Source: Albugo candida
Lineage: Eukaryota
DNA length: 64,000 nucleotides
Assembly: GCA_040437565.1 (NCBI GenBank)
Contig: JBDOQK010000073.1
Location: forward strand, 62,001-126,000
Reading direction: 5' to 3'
Part shown: in pieces, positions 47,589 to 60,137 of the stretch
Layout of the letters: every line of letters starts with the position of its first letter
Position numbering within the stretch: position 1 is the first letter of the stretch
Program-made: the position numbers and the translations under genes
Notes under the pieces: generated by a model
Told to the model about the DNA's origin: nothing
Databases searched by the model: none
What the model saw: only the letters and a program-made list of their open reading frames with translations

Positions 47589-49385
47589 TCATACAGTACC
47601 TGCAGCTAGCGGGTAACTGTCAACGTCGTCGGACAAATCGCCACGACGAAGTCTTCCCAGGCCGTTCAAAGCCGCAACACGATACGCTTCAGCAAGGGTC
47701 GGATAATTGAAGACGGCATCCCGAAAGTACGTTAATGTGGCACCCATAGCGATGGCAACTTGGCCAATATGAATAATTTCAGTGGCGCCTTCGCCGATCG
47801 CATGAACACCGAAGAGTTTTAGCGAATGAGGATCAAATAAGATTTTTAGCATTCCATCGGCACTGGCACCACTCATCTGACCTTTTGCCAGCTCTGAATA
47901 CTTAGCCACACCAATTTCATAATTGATCTGTTGAGATGTCAATTGTTTTTCTGTATGTCCCACCATTGAAATTTCCGGAATCGTATAAATTCCGTATGGA
48001 AAATTACCAGTTTTTAATTGTGACGGGATACTGTCATCGTTGGATTCATCCTCATTCCACATGTAACATGATGCTAAACGACCCTGCTCCATACTCGTAG
48101 AAGCTAATGAGGGCGCACCGATGCAGTCACCCACGGCAAAACTGGAAGCCCGTCAGTATATAATGGACAAATGCAGTGTCAACGTACATATGGGGCTTCT
48201 TGGTCTGATACTTTGTATTCACGCTCAAAAGGCCACGCGGATTACGCGATAAACCAGCCGCTTCCAAGTTCAGGCCGTCCGTATTAGCTTGACGTCCAAC
48301 AACATATAGAAGCGCGTCTCCATGAACTTTCTTACCGCTTTTTAAACCAACCAAAACGCCTCGAGATGATTTCTATAGTAAAAGTAAGTAAGTGTGAGTG
48401 GTAATCAATCAGAATCAATCGAGAAATCGAGATCTCTTACGTCGACAGATTCGATCGTTTCACCCAATAGGAATCGCGCACCGTGATTACGCATTTCGTG
48501 CGTAAGCGTACTAATGATTTCATCGTCGCAAAAGCTCAGAATCTAGATTCCAAATTGTTCGTGGGATATACTGGCAAATATCGACTCGAATAGACGGGTA
48601 CCTCTTCACGTCCATCAATCACTGTGACGGAATGTCCTCGTATCACATTCAGCATGGATGCATACTCCATTCCAATTACACCAGCACCTACTACAATAAG
48701 CGATCGTGGAAGTTGCCGGATATTCCAAGATAGTATTTGATCGCTGTCGAAAATCACTTTTCCATCGATTGGAATATTGGGATTGTGTGCAGGTCGTGTG
48801 CCACACGCAACGAGAAATTTTGAAGCGCGCAAACGTTTTGTTATTTTTTCGTGAGCGGGTCCATCAGCCTCAATAATAGAAACTTGGTGATCGTCTTCGA
48901 AGCGAGCGTGGCCAGATATATAGTCGACGCGAGCAGATTTGAATTGAACACGGAGGAGATCGACTTCGGATTGGATGACGCGGTTGACGCGATATAAAAT
49001 ATCATCGATAGTCACGTTTTTCATAGAGTATGACTTTCCATAGAAGCTAAGCGGGTATACAAAATCAGAATTTATGTGTAATAGAAAGAATTGTGATGCC
49101 TCCCTACCCGTGGTGGCGATACCCTGAAAGATGTAATACTGCTTCACGAAAGGTTTTGGATGGGATAGTACCTGTATGCACGCATACACCTCCAACAGAT
49201 GATTTTTTATCAATGATCGCGACGTGTTTTCCACGTTTTGCTGCGTCGAGGGCACAGTTCGTTGCGGACGGTCCACTACCGATGACAATTAGATCATAGG
49301 ATACTATACTGCTGCTATTTCGTTTAAGTAAATAATTGCGTTCAAAACGAAGAGCGGTATCGAAATTTCGTATGATTCGATGCAT
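47589..49385 (-). CDS. sthA: Soluble pyridine nucleotide transhydrogenase, bacterial SthA/UdhA type (4 introns)
   Basis: Introns 49047-49107, 48543-48601, 48373-48440 and 48142-48187 splice in frame. Motifs [23 protein letters not shown] (only one Cys, unlike the CxxxxC of disulfide reductases), [20 protein letters not shown] and [18 protein letters not shown]. Confidence 0.9.
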
Positions 49386-51283
49386 CGGTTCATACGAATT
49401 CGAAAACTCGTTTGGGGGTATTTGATTGGTTTAAATACTCTGCTTCCAACCGAACATGGTGTAACAACCCATCAAGTCAGGCTCAGATCTGGGTTCGCTG
49501 ATTCGTCGCAAAGACGCTTGAATAGCATCGCAATGATGAATCACAAGGAATTGGTTAGATACAAACACTTACTTGGCAGATTCAATATGACTGCTTTTTA
49601 TAAAATTTAACATTTCTGAATATATTTTCTCAAGCTCATTGTATTCGAATTTGAACTTGTGATTTTTTATCGTCAGAAGCTTATATTTCCCCCCCCCCGA
49701 TGTTTACATTCTATTTGTCATCTGAGTGAAGTTTTACCATAATGATAGCTTCCGATCCAGGTGACGCTCTCACCTTTTTTCAGGTAGGTCAATTTGACGC
49801 CACAATCCTGACGCGGTATTCTGTGTGCTGTAGGTGTTCCAGAGAGCGTTCAAGTGCAAAGAAGGCGAGTCTGAAGACTCGGTTTACCGACATTGCTGCC
49901 TGAATGAATTCATCATATGCCATTGCGCCTTAAAAGTACCAGTCCTGTCCGGATTTTTCAGCTCGTTCGTCTCCTAAATCTGGTTCGCTTGGCACAACGT
50001 TTCCATGCCACAACCTCAACGCCACCAACATCAGACCGGTATCAAACAAAAAGCACACTCAGCACCGGGCTGCATTTAAGAGTCGAAGAAAAAGTCCACT
50101 ACAAGGGCACAAGCATATTTGCATTTCTGGTCCGCCAAGGCATCGACAAATATGTCTACCTTTATCATTAGCGCCTCATATCGAGCGAACTAACGTCTTG
50201 GGAGCGGCCTCGATTTAGCAGGAGCAATCAAGTACACTCACGTTATTGGCAGCTTGAAGGAAGATATAGACACCGAGCTTTTTGGAGTTAGAGTACGATT
50301 ATATTTGGCAATATACATCATTCATATACATACTTAAGACATACATATCTTATTGCCGTGTACCCTTGTTTGTTAACTATCATGTTGCTTTAATCACATC
50401 CCATCGACACTATCAATCTATGAATATACACTGACTATGTATGACGGACCTCTAACAGGAACGCCATGCCATACCGCACGCGTACGCCCGCTACCGCTAT
50501 TTTTGGATTTCACGGTACACCTTACCGCTATATCTAATAATAGCGCTTCCACCGCGTGAGTTGCATGAAATCAATGCGTACGCCTCATTCTGTGTGTCCT
50601 TTGTAGCCATTTACAGGTTTGCTCCAAGCTTTGTCCACCTTGTTTTCAACGAATATAATCAGCTGCATCAATTGATGTTGACGCACGGTCTATGTATCAA
50701 GACTTTCGCCTGCTTGTGTGTGAGTCGTGAAAACTTGCATGAATTCAGATGTTCGGCTGGAAGGTTGAATTCTGGCGTAAAGTACGCCTTTGGCACATAC
50801 TCCTCCGCTCTTAGCCCGCGCTCGAACGTGATACGAGCACGTTCAATTATCGGGAATCGGTTATTATAAGCAAACCTTCAACAATGAGAAGTTTATCTGT
50901 GACGGTCGGCCACGAAAACTTAAATTACAAGTGTGTTTGAAATACAGAGTGCGTCTAAACAGTCGTACCCATACGGAACCACAGTAATATTCGAAACCAA
51001 GTTCATACGCTCGTCGTAGAAAACTCCGCTGACGAAAACCTATTTCAAACACTTCCTACGCTGATTCGCTAATGGAGTAAAATTACGTCGTAATTTTCCA
51101 ATTTGTGCGCAATAAACACGAAATTCGTTGATCTTTGAAATCTCCCGTATGAAACCATTCGCCATTGTGAATGCCTTCGGGGCNNNNNNNNNNNNNNNNN
51201 NNNNNNNNNNNNNNNNNNNNNNNNNNNNNNNNNNNNNNNNNNNNNNNNNNNNNNNNNNNNNNNNNNNNNNNNNNNNNNNNNNN

Positions 51284-51842
51284 CAAGCTTTGTCCACCTT
51301 GTTTTCAACGAATATAATCAGCTGCATCAATTGATGTTGACGCACGGTCTATGTATCAAGACTTTCGCCTGCTTGTGTGTGAGTCGTGAAAACTTGCATG
51401 AATTCAGATGTTCGGCTGGAAGGTTGAATTCTGGCGTAAAGTACGCCTTTGGCACATACTCCTCCGCTCTTAGCCCGCGCTCGAACGTGATACGAGCACG
51501 TTCAATTATCGGGAATCGGTTATTATAAGCAAACCTTCAACAATGAGAAGTTTATCTGTGACGGTCGGCCACGAAAACTTAAATTACAAGTGTGTTTGAA
51601 ATACAGAGTGCGTCTAAACAGTCGTACCCATACGGAACCACAGTAATATTCGAAACCAAGTTCATACGCTCGTCGTAGAAAACTCCGCTGACGAAAACCT
51701 ATTTCAAACACTTCCTACGCTGATTCGCTAATGGAGTAAAATTACGTCGTAATTTTCCAATTTGTGCGCAATAAACACGAAATTCGTTGATCTTTGAAAT
51801 CTCCCGTATGAAACCATTCGCCATTGTGAATGCCTTCGGGGC
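51284..51842 (+). repeat. Gap-flank duplicate of 50625-51183 (assembly overlap)
   Basis: Apparently identical, offset 659, adjacent to gap 51184-51283. Confidence 0.9.
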
Positions 51843-52541
51843 GAGCAACGGTCTAAAAGAATTGATTAGAATGTTGAGTTAGACACTGCTCAATGATCTT
51901 GTACAGTAAATTCACGTTGAATGAGAGAATCGCTAATCGATCTGTCTTGGACGACATTAGCGTCTGAAAGCCCAATGCCGCTTATTCTTGGTTGAAAGTA
52001 TCCTACCTTAGCTCCTTATCCAGAGCGCATATATTCATTTCATACAAGACTATTAGAAACCTAGGGAGCAGCATCAGATAGAACAGATAGCACCAAAGCA
52101 ATACACAAAAAGAAAAACGAAGAGATAAAAAATTGTAGATTATGTAGATTATTCGCCGTCGCAAAACTTCAAGAGAAAGTGGGCAAATCATAATTCCTTG
52201 GTGATGTGAAAGTAGATATCCTTTCCATGAGTATCATCCATTGCCCCAAATACTGTTAAGTGGCGGTTGGCAAATAAGGAGCTGATAACCCAGTTAGACC
52301 CGACCTCTGCGGTTTTTGCATTACTGGTTTTATGTTTGTTCGTTCGTCCATTGTGGCTAGTGGTTTTGTGGACCTTAATGCCACGTAGCACCTCGTTTCG
52401 GACTCTGGTCGAGCCGTGATATAATCACGTTGTTTTAATTGGAGTTCGCTCATCCAAAAAAAAGAGGACACTCGGTGTCCGCGATCGCATTCAAATTCAA
52501 CAGGTCGAGACATTCTTGAACTGATGAAACGCGCTGAATGG

Positions 52542-54558
52542 CTATGTCAGTGCTTCTCGGAACGTTGACGCTTCTGAGTGGATATCCATTTGCTCGCAGC
52601 ACCCCGTACTCCGCCGAATTGCCAGCACGGAAGCCGGGTACCCGTTGAGCATGATGTCGCCTTGTATTTTACCACCGGTTTTACGTCCAGCAATCACATC
52701 CATCAATGTACTTTTGCCAGCACCCGAGGATCCCATCAACGCGGTCATTGTACGGGGCATTGCGTATCCTGAAATACCCTGCAGTAATGTAAGATCCTGT
52801 TTTGGAGCATTCAGGTCGGGGACCGAGTCATATAAATTCTTGAAACAAAGTGTCACGGGTACAAATGCTGCATCCTCGTGGCCGATTGGCAAACGGACCT
52901 CTTCTTGATTGTCCATTGGTGTATTCAGCGTGGTATAGCTGTCTTTTCGAGATTCATGAGTAGTATCCTCGTCATCGATCTCTCCATCGGAGCAGACGAG
53001 TAATCGTGAACGTCGACGCGTTGATACTCGAGCACGAAAATACTCGCAATTGTAAGCAGCACATACATTGCGCATGAGTATACAAATCCATACAAACTCC
53101 ATTTCTCATCCGTGTACACGTCAAAAAGCTCCAAATAGTATTTTCCAAACGTCGTACCAAATCGCTCACAGTAATTGATCCCTTCATACACATAAATATC
53201 GAGTGTGCTGTTACGGTACAGGTTGATTCCAAGCATACGGATGCACCAGGAAATCGGATTATTCCAATAAATCCATAAAAGATAATTGGGAATTTGTGAC
53301 CGGACAACGATGAACCCCGCATACAATGCAAAGAATAAGATGGAAAGCATCGCAAATGGATGAGCAATGTGGATATCGGACGANNNNNNNNNNNNNNNNN
53401 NNNNNNNNNNNNNNNNNNNNNNNNNNNNNNNNNNNNNNNNNNNNNNNNNNNNNNNNNNNNNNNNNNNNNNNNNNNNNNNNNNNCAATCATCACGAGGATG
53501 AAGAGCGCGAATGACGAGAATGCAGGTACCAGATCACAAAACCAGTACGCCATAGTTCCAAATACAAGCCCACGCAACACGATGGGTGTCATTTGTAGAA
53601 GCGTATTGGCAAATACGAAGCAGCTCGTTCGATGTGAGTTGGCGTCACGTTGTTTGTAAAATATGTCACGAGCCTCAATTAATGTTGGAATCATAGCCAC
53701 TTTCCCTAGCGCGATAAATATAGTCGATGCGAAAAAGACTCCAAGCTTAACTTGAATATTTGTTGACTCGATTTGGTAGAAAATGGTGCCGTATAAGAGC
53801 CCAGATATTATTATCANNNNNNNNNNNNNNNNNNNNNNNNNNNNNNNNNNNNNNNNNNNNNNNNNNNNNNNNNNNNNNNNNNNNNNNNNNNNNNNNNNNN
53901 NNNNNNNNNNNNNNNNCTATCGAGCCCCGTACTGATTTCATCCATGAATGTGACATTACGAAACCCAATTTCCATCTCTCCGCTTGTGACACGTTTACGT
54001 TCCCCACCGGAAACGCCGCGAAGCATTCCACTTCCGATTTTTGTATCCTTGCAATCTTGAAGCCCGTATGACTCAATTACAATACCAGGGTAGTGCTGAA
54101 TCATCGCGTTAGCGAGTCGGAGCGCGTCGACCGCATTTTCAGATGCAAATTTCTGCGGTTTTCGAGCTAAAGGTTAAGAAAAATATCTCGCAATGAGAAT
54201 TCCACGCAAATTCGAGCGTCTCCTTCACAGTTGCAGCAGTCAACTGGTGGTTGGCGACACCGTTATATGAAACTTCGCCTCGTATACTCACGTTTTTCTT
54301 ATGGTAAAACCGACCGCTGAGATATTTCAAAAGTGTGGATTTACCCGAAGCTGGTTGCCCTAGGACGAGTGTCATGGATCCTGATCGTAACACTCCAAAC
54401 AAGTCTTCTAACTTTTTGCATGCGTTTCTCGATAATTCTGACAGCATTTTGAGTGACACGCATCGCCGCATTTCCAAATGTCGGTATTTTCCCAGACTCA
54501 TCCTTTCCTCGCTCCATCGTGGCGGTAATTGTTATATTCCGAGAACGAACTTCCATTT
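52542..54558 (-). pseudogene. PDR/ABCG-type ABC transporter pseudogene
   Basis: NBD1 Walker A GQPASGKSTLL, signature [11 protein letters not shown], Walker [13 protein letters not shown] fragments (IFYKQRD, WIYWNNPISW), NBD2 GSSGAGKSTLMD and CEQMDIH. Pieces lie in different frames with deletions, and the ORF stops right after TFREALT. Two gaps fall inside. Confidence 0.85.
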
Positions 54559-55375
54559 GACGCATTCGTCCATGACCTCATTACGTCATGAATGGAGGGT
54601 TTACGATCTCCAATGTACAATTCAACGAATGAGCGATTGATTCTTGCTCCTTAAATTTACATTAGAAAAATTTTTTTTTTTAACGAAAGCGTATGGCAAA
54701 GCGCACATGAAGATGCTCGCCACTCTATCGGCAAACTCTACAGATAGATAGATTCGGCTAATGAAATAGAAGATTCCGTCTCAAAAGTGATGACGCAGGG
54801 CTGTACACACCCACTTGCACTCCGTNNNNNNNNNNNNNNNNNNNNNNNNNNNNNNNNNNNNNNNNNNNNNNNNNNNNNNNNNNNNNNNNNNNNNNNNNNN
54901 NNNNNNNNNNNNNNNNNNNNNNNNNTTTTTAACGAAAGCGTATGGCAAAGCGCACATGAAGATGCTCGCCACTCTATCGGCAAACTCTACAGATAGATAG
55001 ATTCGGCTAATGAAATAGAAGATTCCGTCTCAAAAGTGATGACGCAGGGCTGTACACACCCACTTGCACTCCGTTTAACATAAAAAGGTCCTCGCTATGG
55101 CTCGATTATGAGAGACAGTAGACCCTGCAGGAAGAGATTTGGGCCCAAGTCTCTATAAGCAGACATTCAAGCTCAAAGCGCGCGTAAAATGCCGCCGTAG
55201 AAGTGATAGCTATACCGAACGATGGTCGTTTTACGATAAGGGGATCAAATACAAGCTAGAAACAACTGAAGCATCAATTTTTACCTCAGTCCCCGTCATA
55301 TGTCTTTAAGCACACCACCAGAACAACTCCAAGCAGCATGAATCTAACGCGTAGTATCAAACGCAATATTGTGAC
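54559..55375 (+). mobile_element. Internally deleted second copy of the hAT-like relic
   Basis: Diverged reverse complement of 1691-1721 joined directly to 822-273. 54926-55074 duplicates 54677-54825 across a gap. Confidence 0.6.
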
Positions 55376-55658
55376 AATTGTTACAGGCTACTTTACCATC
55401 CATGTTGCCACTAGAGCTACTACTACATGATTAGAAAATGGCAGATACTGCTGTCTAAATTGCCACGTTTTGATTCGTCAAATACACGATATCTTTATCC
55501 ATTGCTAATCAGTTATTTTCAATTCACATGCTCTCATTGGCTGGCTTCCTGCAAATGTATTAATAATTGAGAAGGCAGACAAAAGCTATAAATTGAACCC
55601 CTATGGTGACTCCAAAAGTAAGTTGATGACCATTCATAAAGATGTATCTCTAACACCA

Positions 55659-55936
55659 ATGACTCAATAGCACGGACAAAATGGCAACGTTCGCGTTTGT
55701 TGCCGACTAAGACCTTTCAACGCGAAAGAATTCAATCAAAACGAACGCAAATGTGTTCAAACAAGCGAGAATATTGTATACTATAAGGTGCGCTATTCAT
55801 GCGCGATCAGAATGTATTCAAATTTCTCATATTTTTCTGTAGAGAGAAGCGGTGTCTCATGAATTTCAGTTTGACCACGTGTTCACCGAACAAGACGACC
55901 AGTTAATCGTCTTTGATGCGGTAGCCCGACCCGCTG
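55659..55936 (+). pseudogene. Kinesin motor domain N-terminal fragment
   Basis: NVRVCCRLRPFN...(intron 55788-55842)...FQFDHVF...DQLIVFDAVARP, cut by gap 55937-56036. ATG 55659 is followed by an in-frame TAG at 55668. No kinesin sequence was recognised after the gap. Confidence 0.7.
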
Positions 55937-58900
55937 NNNNNNNNNNNNNNNNNNNNNNNNNNNNNNNNNNNNNNNNNNNNNNNNNNNNNNNNNNNNNNNN
56001 NNNNNNNNNNNNNNNNNNNNNNNNNNNNNNNNNNNNGCGTGAATTGTAGCGAACTTTTTCCGTGGGAGCATGGAGTTGTCTTTGATGAAGTGACGAGGCT
56101 GCGTCCCGATGGACCCGTGCCATAATCGAAGGAATACATCACGGAAAGAGGGGGGAAATCTCATGGAGAACAAAATGAGGGTGGCATTATTATAATCAGG
56201 ACACCTTTCTGCACTCATGTTGGTGCCAAATAGCATGGAATGGGATCCATAGTCGTATATATGCTGCGTGAATTCAATTTGGGATGCTCTACGAGCCTTT
56301 TCTCCTGTTGCAAACCAGCCACATGAGAATGAACGTCAGGATAACTTCATTGATTACACTTACATAACTTCCATCGTACCCGGCACGATGGCCTCAGAAA
56401 TCTGTCCAATTGGAAACGAGGGGCGCGGAGTATTTAGAAGCAGCGGCGGAGCGTTGAGGTAATTAATGATATGTATGCGCATCTCGCTACCGACAATGGA
56501 TGTCTTATCAGCATAACTTGGTGAGTCCTGATCAGCTGTGGTCCCGCATACAATTAGATCGGATTTTGTCAGCTTGGCTGTACTCGGTAATCATCTGTTC
56601 ATAATTGCTATATTGATTGCAAAACAATTCTTGGCTGTAGCTTGAAGGGCATCCTTATTTGGAATCGAAGTTCATCCGATCGCCAACTATTCCGCTTTCA
56701 TCCGAGCTAAGTGCACTGATTCTATAAAAATCTGAGCCTTTGGGCTTGTGATCCTCTATTCTATTGGTTGCGAGTCACGATAGACGAAACGATCATGCTT
56801 GTATTGTGGAACTGATCGGGGGACATCCGCTCGTTGTGAAATCGAATCGTTCTGATTTATTGGGGTATAAGTCTCATTTCAGCAAACTCAAAACCGAAGT
56901 CATGAAGGCGACCCTTTTGTCATCTATCAAACTTCTTTCGCTATTTTACTCACTTTTAACCAACTTTATGTAACATTGTCAGCAAACGATCATATGAATG
57001 GTGCATGGAGAAATCATCACAGAATTGCACGGACGACTACGTCATATGCATCAAGCGCATCAACTACGTTCTAGTCGCACCCAACTAAGTCGATTTTAAT
57101 CAAGACATTAATACACATTCAAATTTTAAGTTTGGCGACAACTATTCAAATGCTTCGGATAGAACGCGGCTTGAATGCAATGATGTTTAGGATTTCGAGT
57201 AGCTTTTGATTGTTTAAAATGGTTCTTGTCAGCACCAGATGGTTCAGATGCAAAGAGCTTTTGACCAAATCAGAGTCATGTAATTCGAAAATACAATGTA
57301 AGACTTTTACTCAAAGCATAAAAAAATGGTATTGAGTCATTGTGACTGTGTTGTAGGAACGCTTCAGAGGCGGAGCAATTGTATCCTATATTCAGCTTTC
57401 TTTAGATGGCTTGATATGGCGCATCATTCGGACTTTGGATAATCCGTCTATCTCGTGACTTGTAGTAGGAGCACACTGTGTGCATCAGACGCAACATTGA
57501 CTAGACTAACACGAATGAGGCTTGATCTCCTCATTGTCAGCGTGCTATAGTGTGCGATACAGCGGCCATATCTCGCCTAGTAATCACAGCGTCTCGTTCG
57601 TCCACTTTCGGGGTTCAGTGGAACATCTTCTGATACTGACTTCCACGTGAATGTATTTAATATATATTTTAGCTTGTCACGGAAGCGAGCGGCTGTACAG
57701 CAAATATCCTTGAATGGATAAAAGCAGACGTGTGTCACGAATCAGCGCGTATTTGCGTCAGCAACCACGTGCTGATTTTCCATGACTGGCAATAATGTAC
57801 AATCTCCATAGTCAACAAGCGGCAAGAATGGGAAACACATGACTGAAAAGTATTTTACACGTATCCTGCAGGAATTGTATTTTGTACCGCAAAGTCTCAT
57901 GACTACTGCTAAGGCGATGCGGCTAGCTTGCCTCGATAGCCAAAATTATGATCGCATGTGCTTCTCGATACATTAAATTCGATTCACATTTGAATAAGTG
58001 TGCAATACACAATATCAGTGAATTCCGAACATTATGCTGTGCCATTCGCACTTATCGATCACTATCATTTTTGTAACTGTACGCAAAAACGGAAAATGTT
58101 CACGTCGGAAACAAGGTCTATAATCTTTCGGAACTAAACTATGCTGGCTAAATGAGGTGTCTTTTCTGCGTTTCTGTACTTTAAATGATCTCCTTGCATC
58201 GATCCATGATGCATATAGACAAAGTACAGCGTGGAAGACTATAACAAAAGCATCCTAAACCTGGATTATTGGGACTCAACATGATCGCTGACACAGAAGC
58301 CGGGGCAGTACCAAGAGAATGTCCAACCAATCCTATGCAATATCCAGTGGCTTCAAGGCCATTTTATGCGTTAATATGCTTAGCCTTCTCAGGAGATGAA
58401 GCCGCTCAATTTCCAGATATTTGATGGCTTGCTGGTAAGAATCTCTTGTGGGCATGTATGTACTGAATTATCCTATCAAGATGGGACAATGCCTAGATTG
58501 GTAAAAGCTGTCGAATAGATGTTGTCGCTCTTGATCTTCTCCTAAACAGGAAGAGAATATGCAGCAATGCATCAACTGGACCTATTGCAGAGCTACAAGT
58601 AAATCTACGAATTGATAAAGCTTAATACCTTTTTCATTCCCTACACGGCTTCTTCATTGTTATTTTAAGAACTTCCATACCTTTCCAGACAAAGCTTTTT
58701 TGATTAGTCTACTACCTTTGTGTTTGTCATGCTATACGTATGTATTCGAATATAATTTGCTTGGAATGATTTTTATTACGTTATTCGTCTACTATTGTTC
58801 TTATCGAAATCTATAGGCGCTGCATCGTTCATGTCCAATAAATTGTCCTTGTCTTCAAATTCAAGAGAGGCTAGGCTATGGTAACAAGCGGTGCTGCGGC

Positions 58901-59096
58901 ATATATGCTTTCACAGTAGCTAGTATCCGCGCTTACCAGGCTGAATATGATTTTTGCCTAAGCAATGATGAGAAGCTTTAGTCAGATCGCGTTCGTTTGG
59001 TTGAAGCTGTCGCAGCTTATGCTCAACGCTCAACACACGCTTACAGTTACGTTGATGCTCACCTTGGAATGTTGGGAGGCTCAGGTTGGCGGAGTT

Positions 59097-59894
59097 CAAA
59101 TTGATATACCCTAAGCTGTCGAGTTACTACACGTTGGGGATTTGCACTGAATTTGGGCTTACCTGCCAAAGTCAGGAGCTTGAACCGATCCAAGTTCATT
59201 GGGTTGGATTGAAATTGATATACCCTAAGATATCATGTTACTACGCGCTAGGGATATGCACTGAAGTTGGGCTTACCTGCCAGAGTCAGGAGCTTGAACC
59301 GATCCAAGTTCATTGGGTTGGATTGAAATTGATATACCCTAAGATATCATGTTACTACGCGCTAGGGATATGCACTGAAGTTGGGCTTACCTGCCAGAGT
59401 CAGGAGCTTGAACCGATCCAAGTTCATTGGGTTGGATTGAAATTGATATACCCTAAGATATCATGTTACTACGCGCTAGGGATATGCACTGAAGTTGGGC
59501 TTACCTGCCAGAGTCAGGAGCTTGAACCGATCCAAGTTCATTGGGTTGGATTGAAATTGATATACCCTAAGATATCATGTTACTACGCGCTAGGGATATG
59601 CACTGAAGTTGGGCTTACCTGCCAGAGTCAGGAGCTTGAACCGATCCAAGTTCATTGGGTTGGATTGAAATTGATATACCCTAAGATATCATGTTACTAC
59701 GCGCTAGGGATATGCACTGAAGTTGGGCTTACCTGCCAGAGTCAGGAGCTTGAACCGATCCAAGTTCATTGGGTTGGATTGAAATTGATATACCCTAAGA
59801 TATCATGTTACTACGCGCTAGGGATATGCACTGAAGTTGGGCTTACCTGCCAGAGTCAGGAGCTTGAACCGATCCAAGTTCATTGGGTTGGATT
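59097..59894. repeat. 114-bp tandem array, at least 7 copies, running into a gap
   Basis: Period 114 (taccctaag at 59221, 59335 and onward). The leftmost copy is diverged; the others appear identical. Confidence 0.97.
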
Positions 59895-59994
59895 NNNNNN
59901 NNNNNNNNNNNNNNNNNNNNNNNNNNNNNNNNNNNNNNNNNNNNNNNNNNNNNNNNNNNNNNNNNNNNNNNNNNNNNNNNNNNNNNNNNNNNNN

Positions 59995-60137
59995 GCAATA
60001 TCGCGCAAAAGTTTACATGCGGAAATGCCCGAAACTATTCTTTGACACGGAAAATCAAGCAAAGAAAACGTGCTTGATTTTCCGTGTCAAAGAATAGTTT
60101 CGGGCATTTCCGCATGTAAACTTTTGCGCGATATTGC
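59995..60137. repeat. Perfect inverted repeat, 67-bp arms with a 9-nt loop, at a contig start
   Basis: 59995-60061 is the reverse complement of 60071-60137. Loop is aagaaaacg. Confidence 0.9.

Noticed and set aside
50471-50530. Three TACCGC motifs as possible transposon subterminal repeats
   Set aside because: Too short, with no partner end or transposase nearby.
56037-57000. Copia-like retroelement relic (LWHGSIG, YLNAP)
   Set aside because: The motif resemblances are weak, with no other integrase or RT motifs and no LTRs seen.
59097-59894. CRISPR array, or a 38-aa repeat protein on the plus strand (ORF 59086-60045)
   Set aside because: Units are identical with no unique spacers, there are no cas genes and the context is eukaryotic. 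The plus ORF starts at TTG and stays open simply because a stop-free 3n unit repeats.
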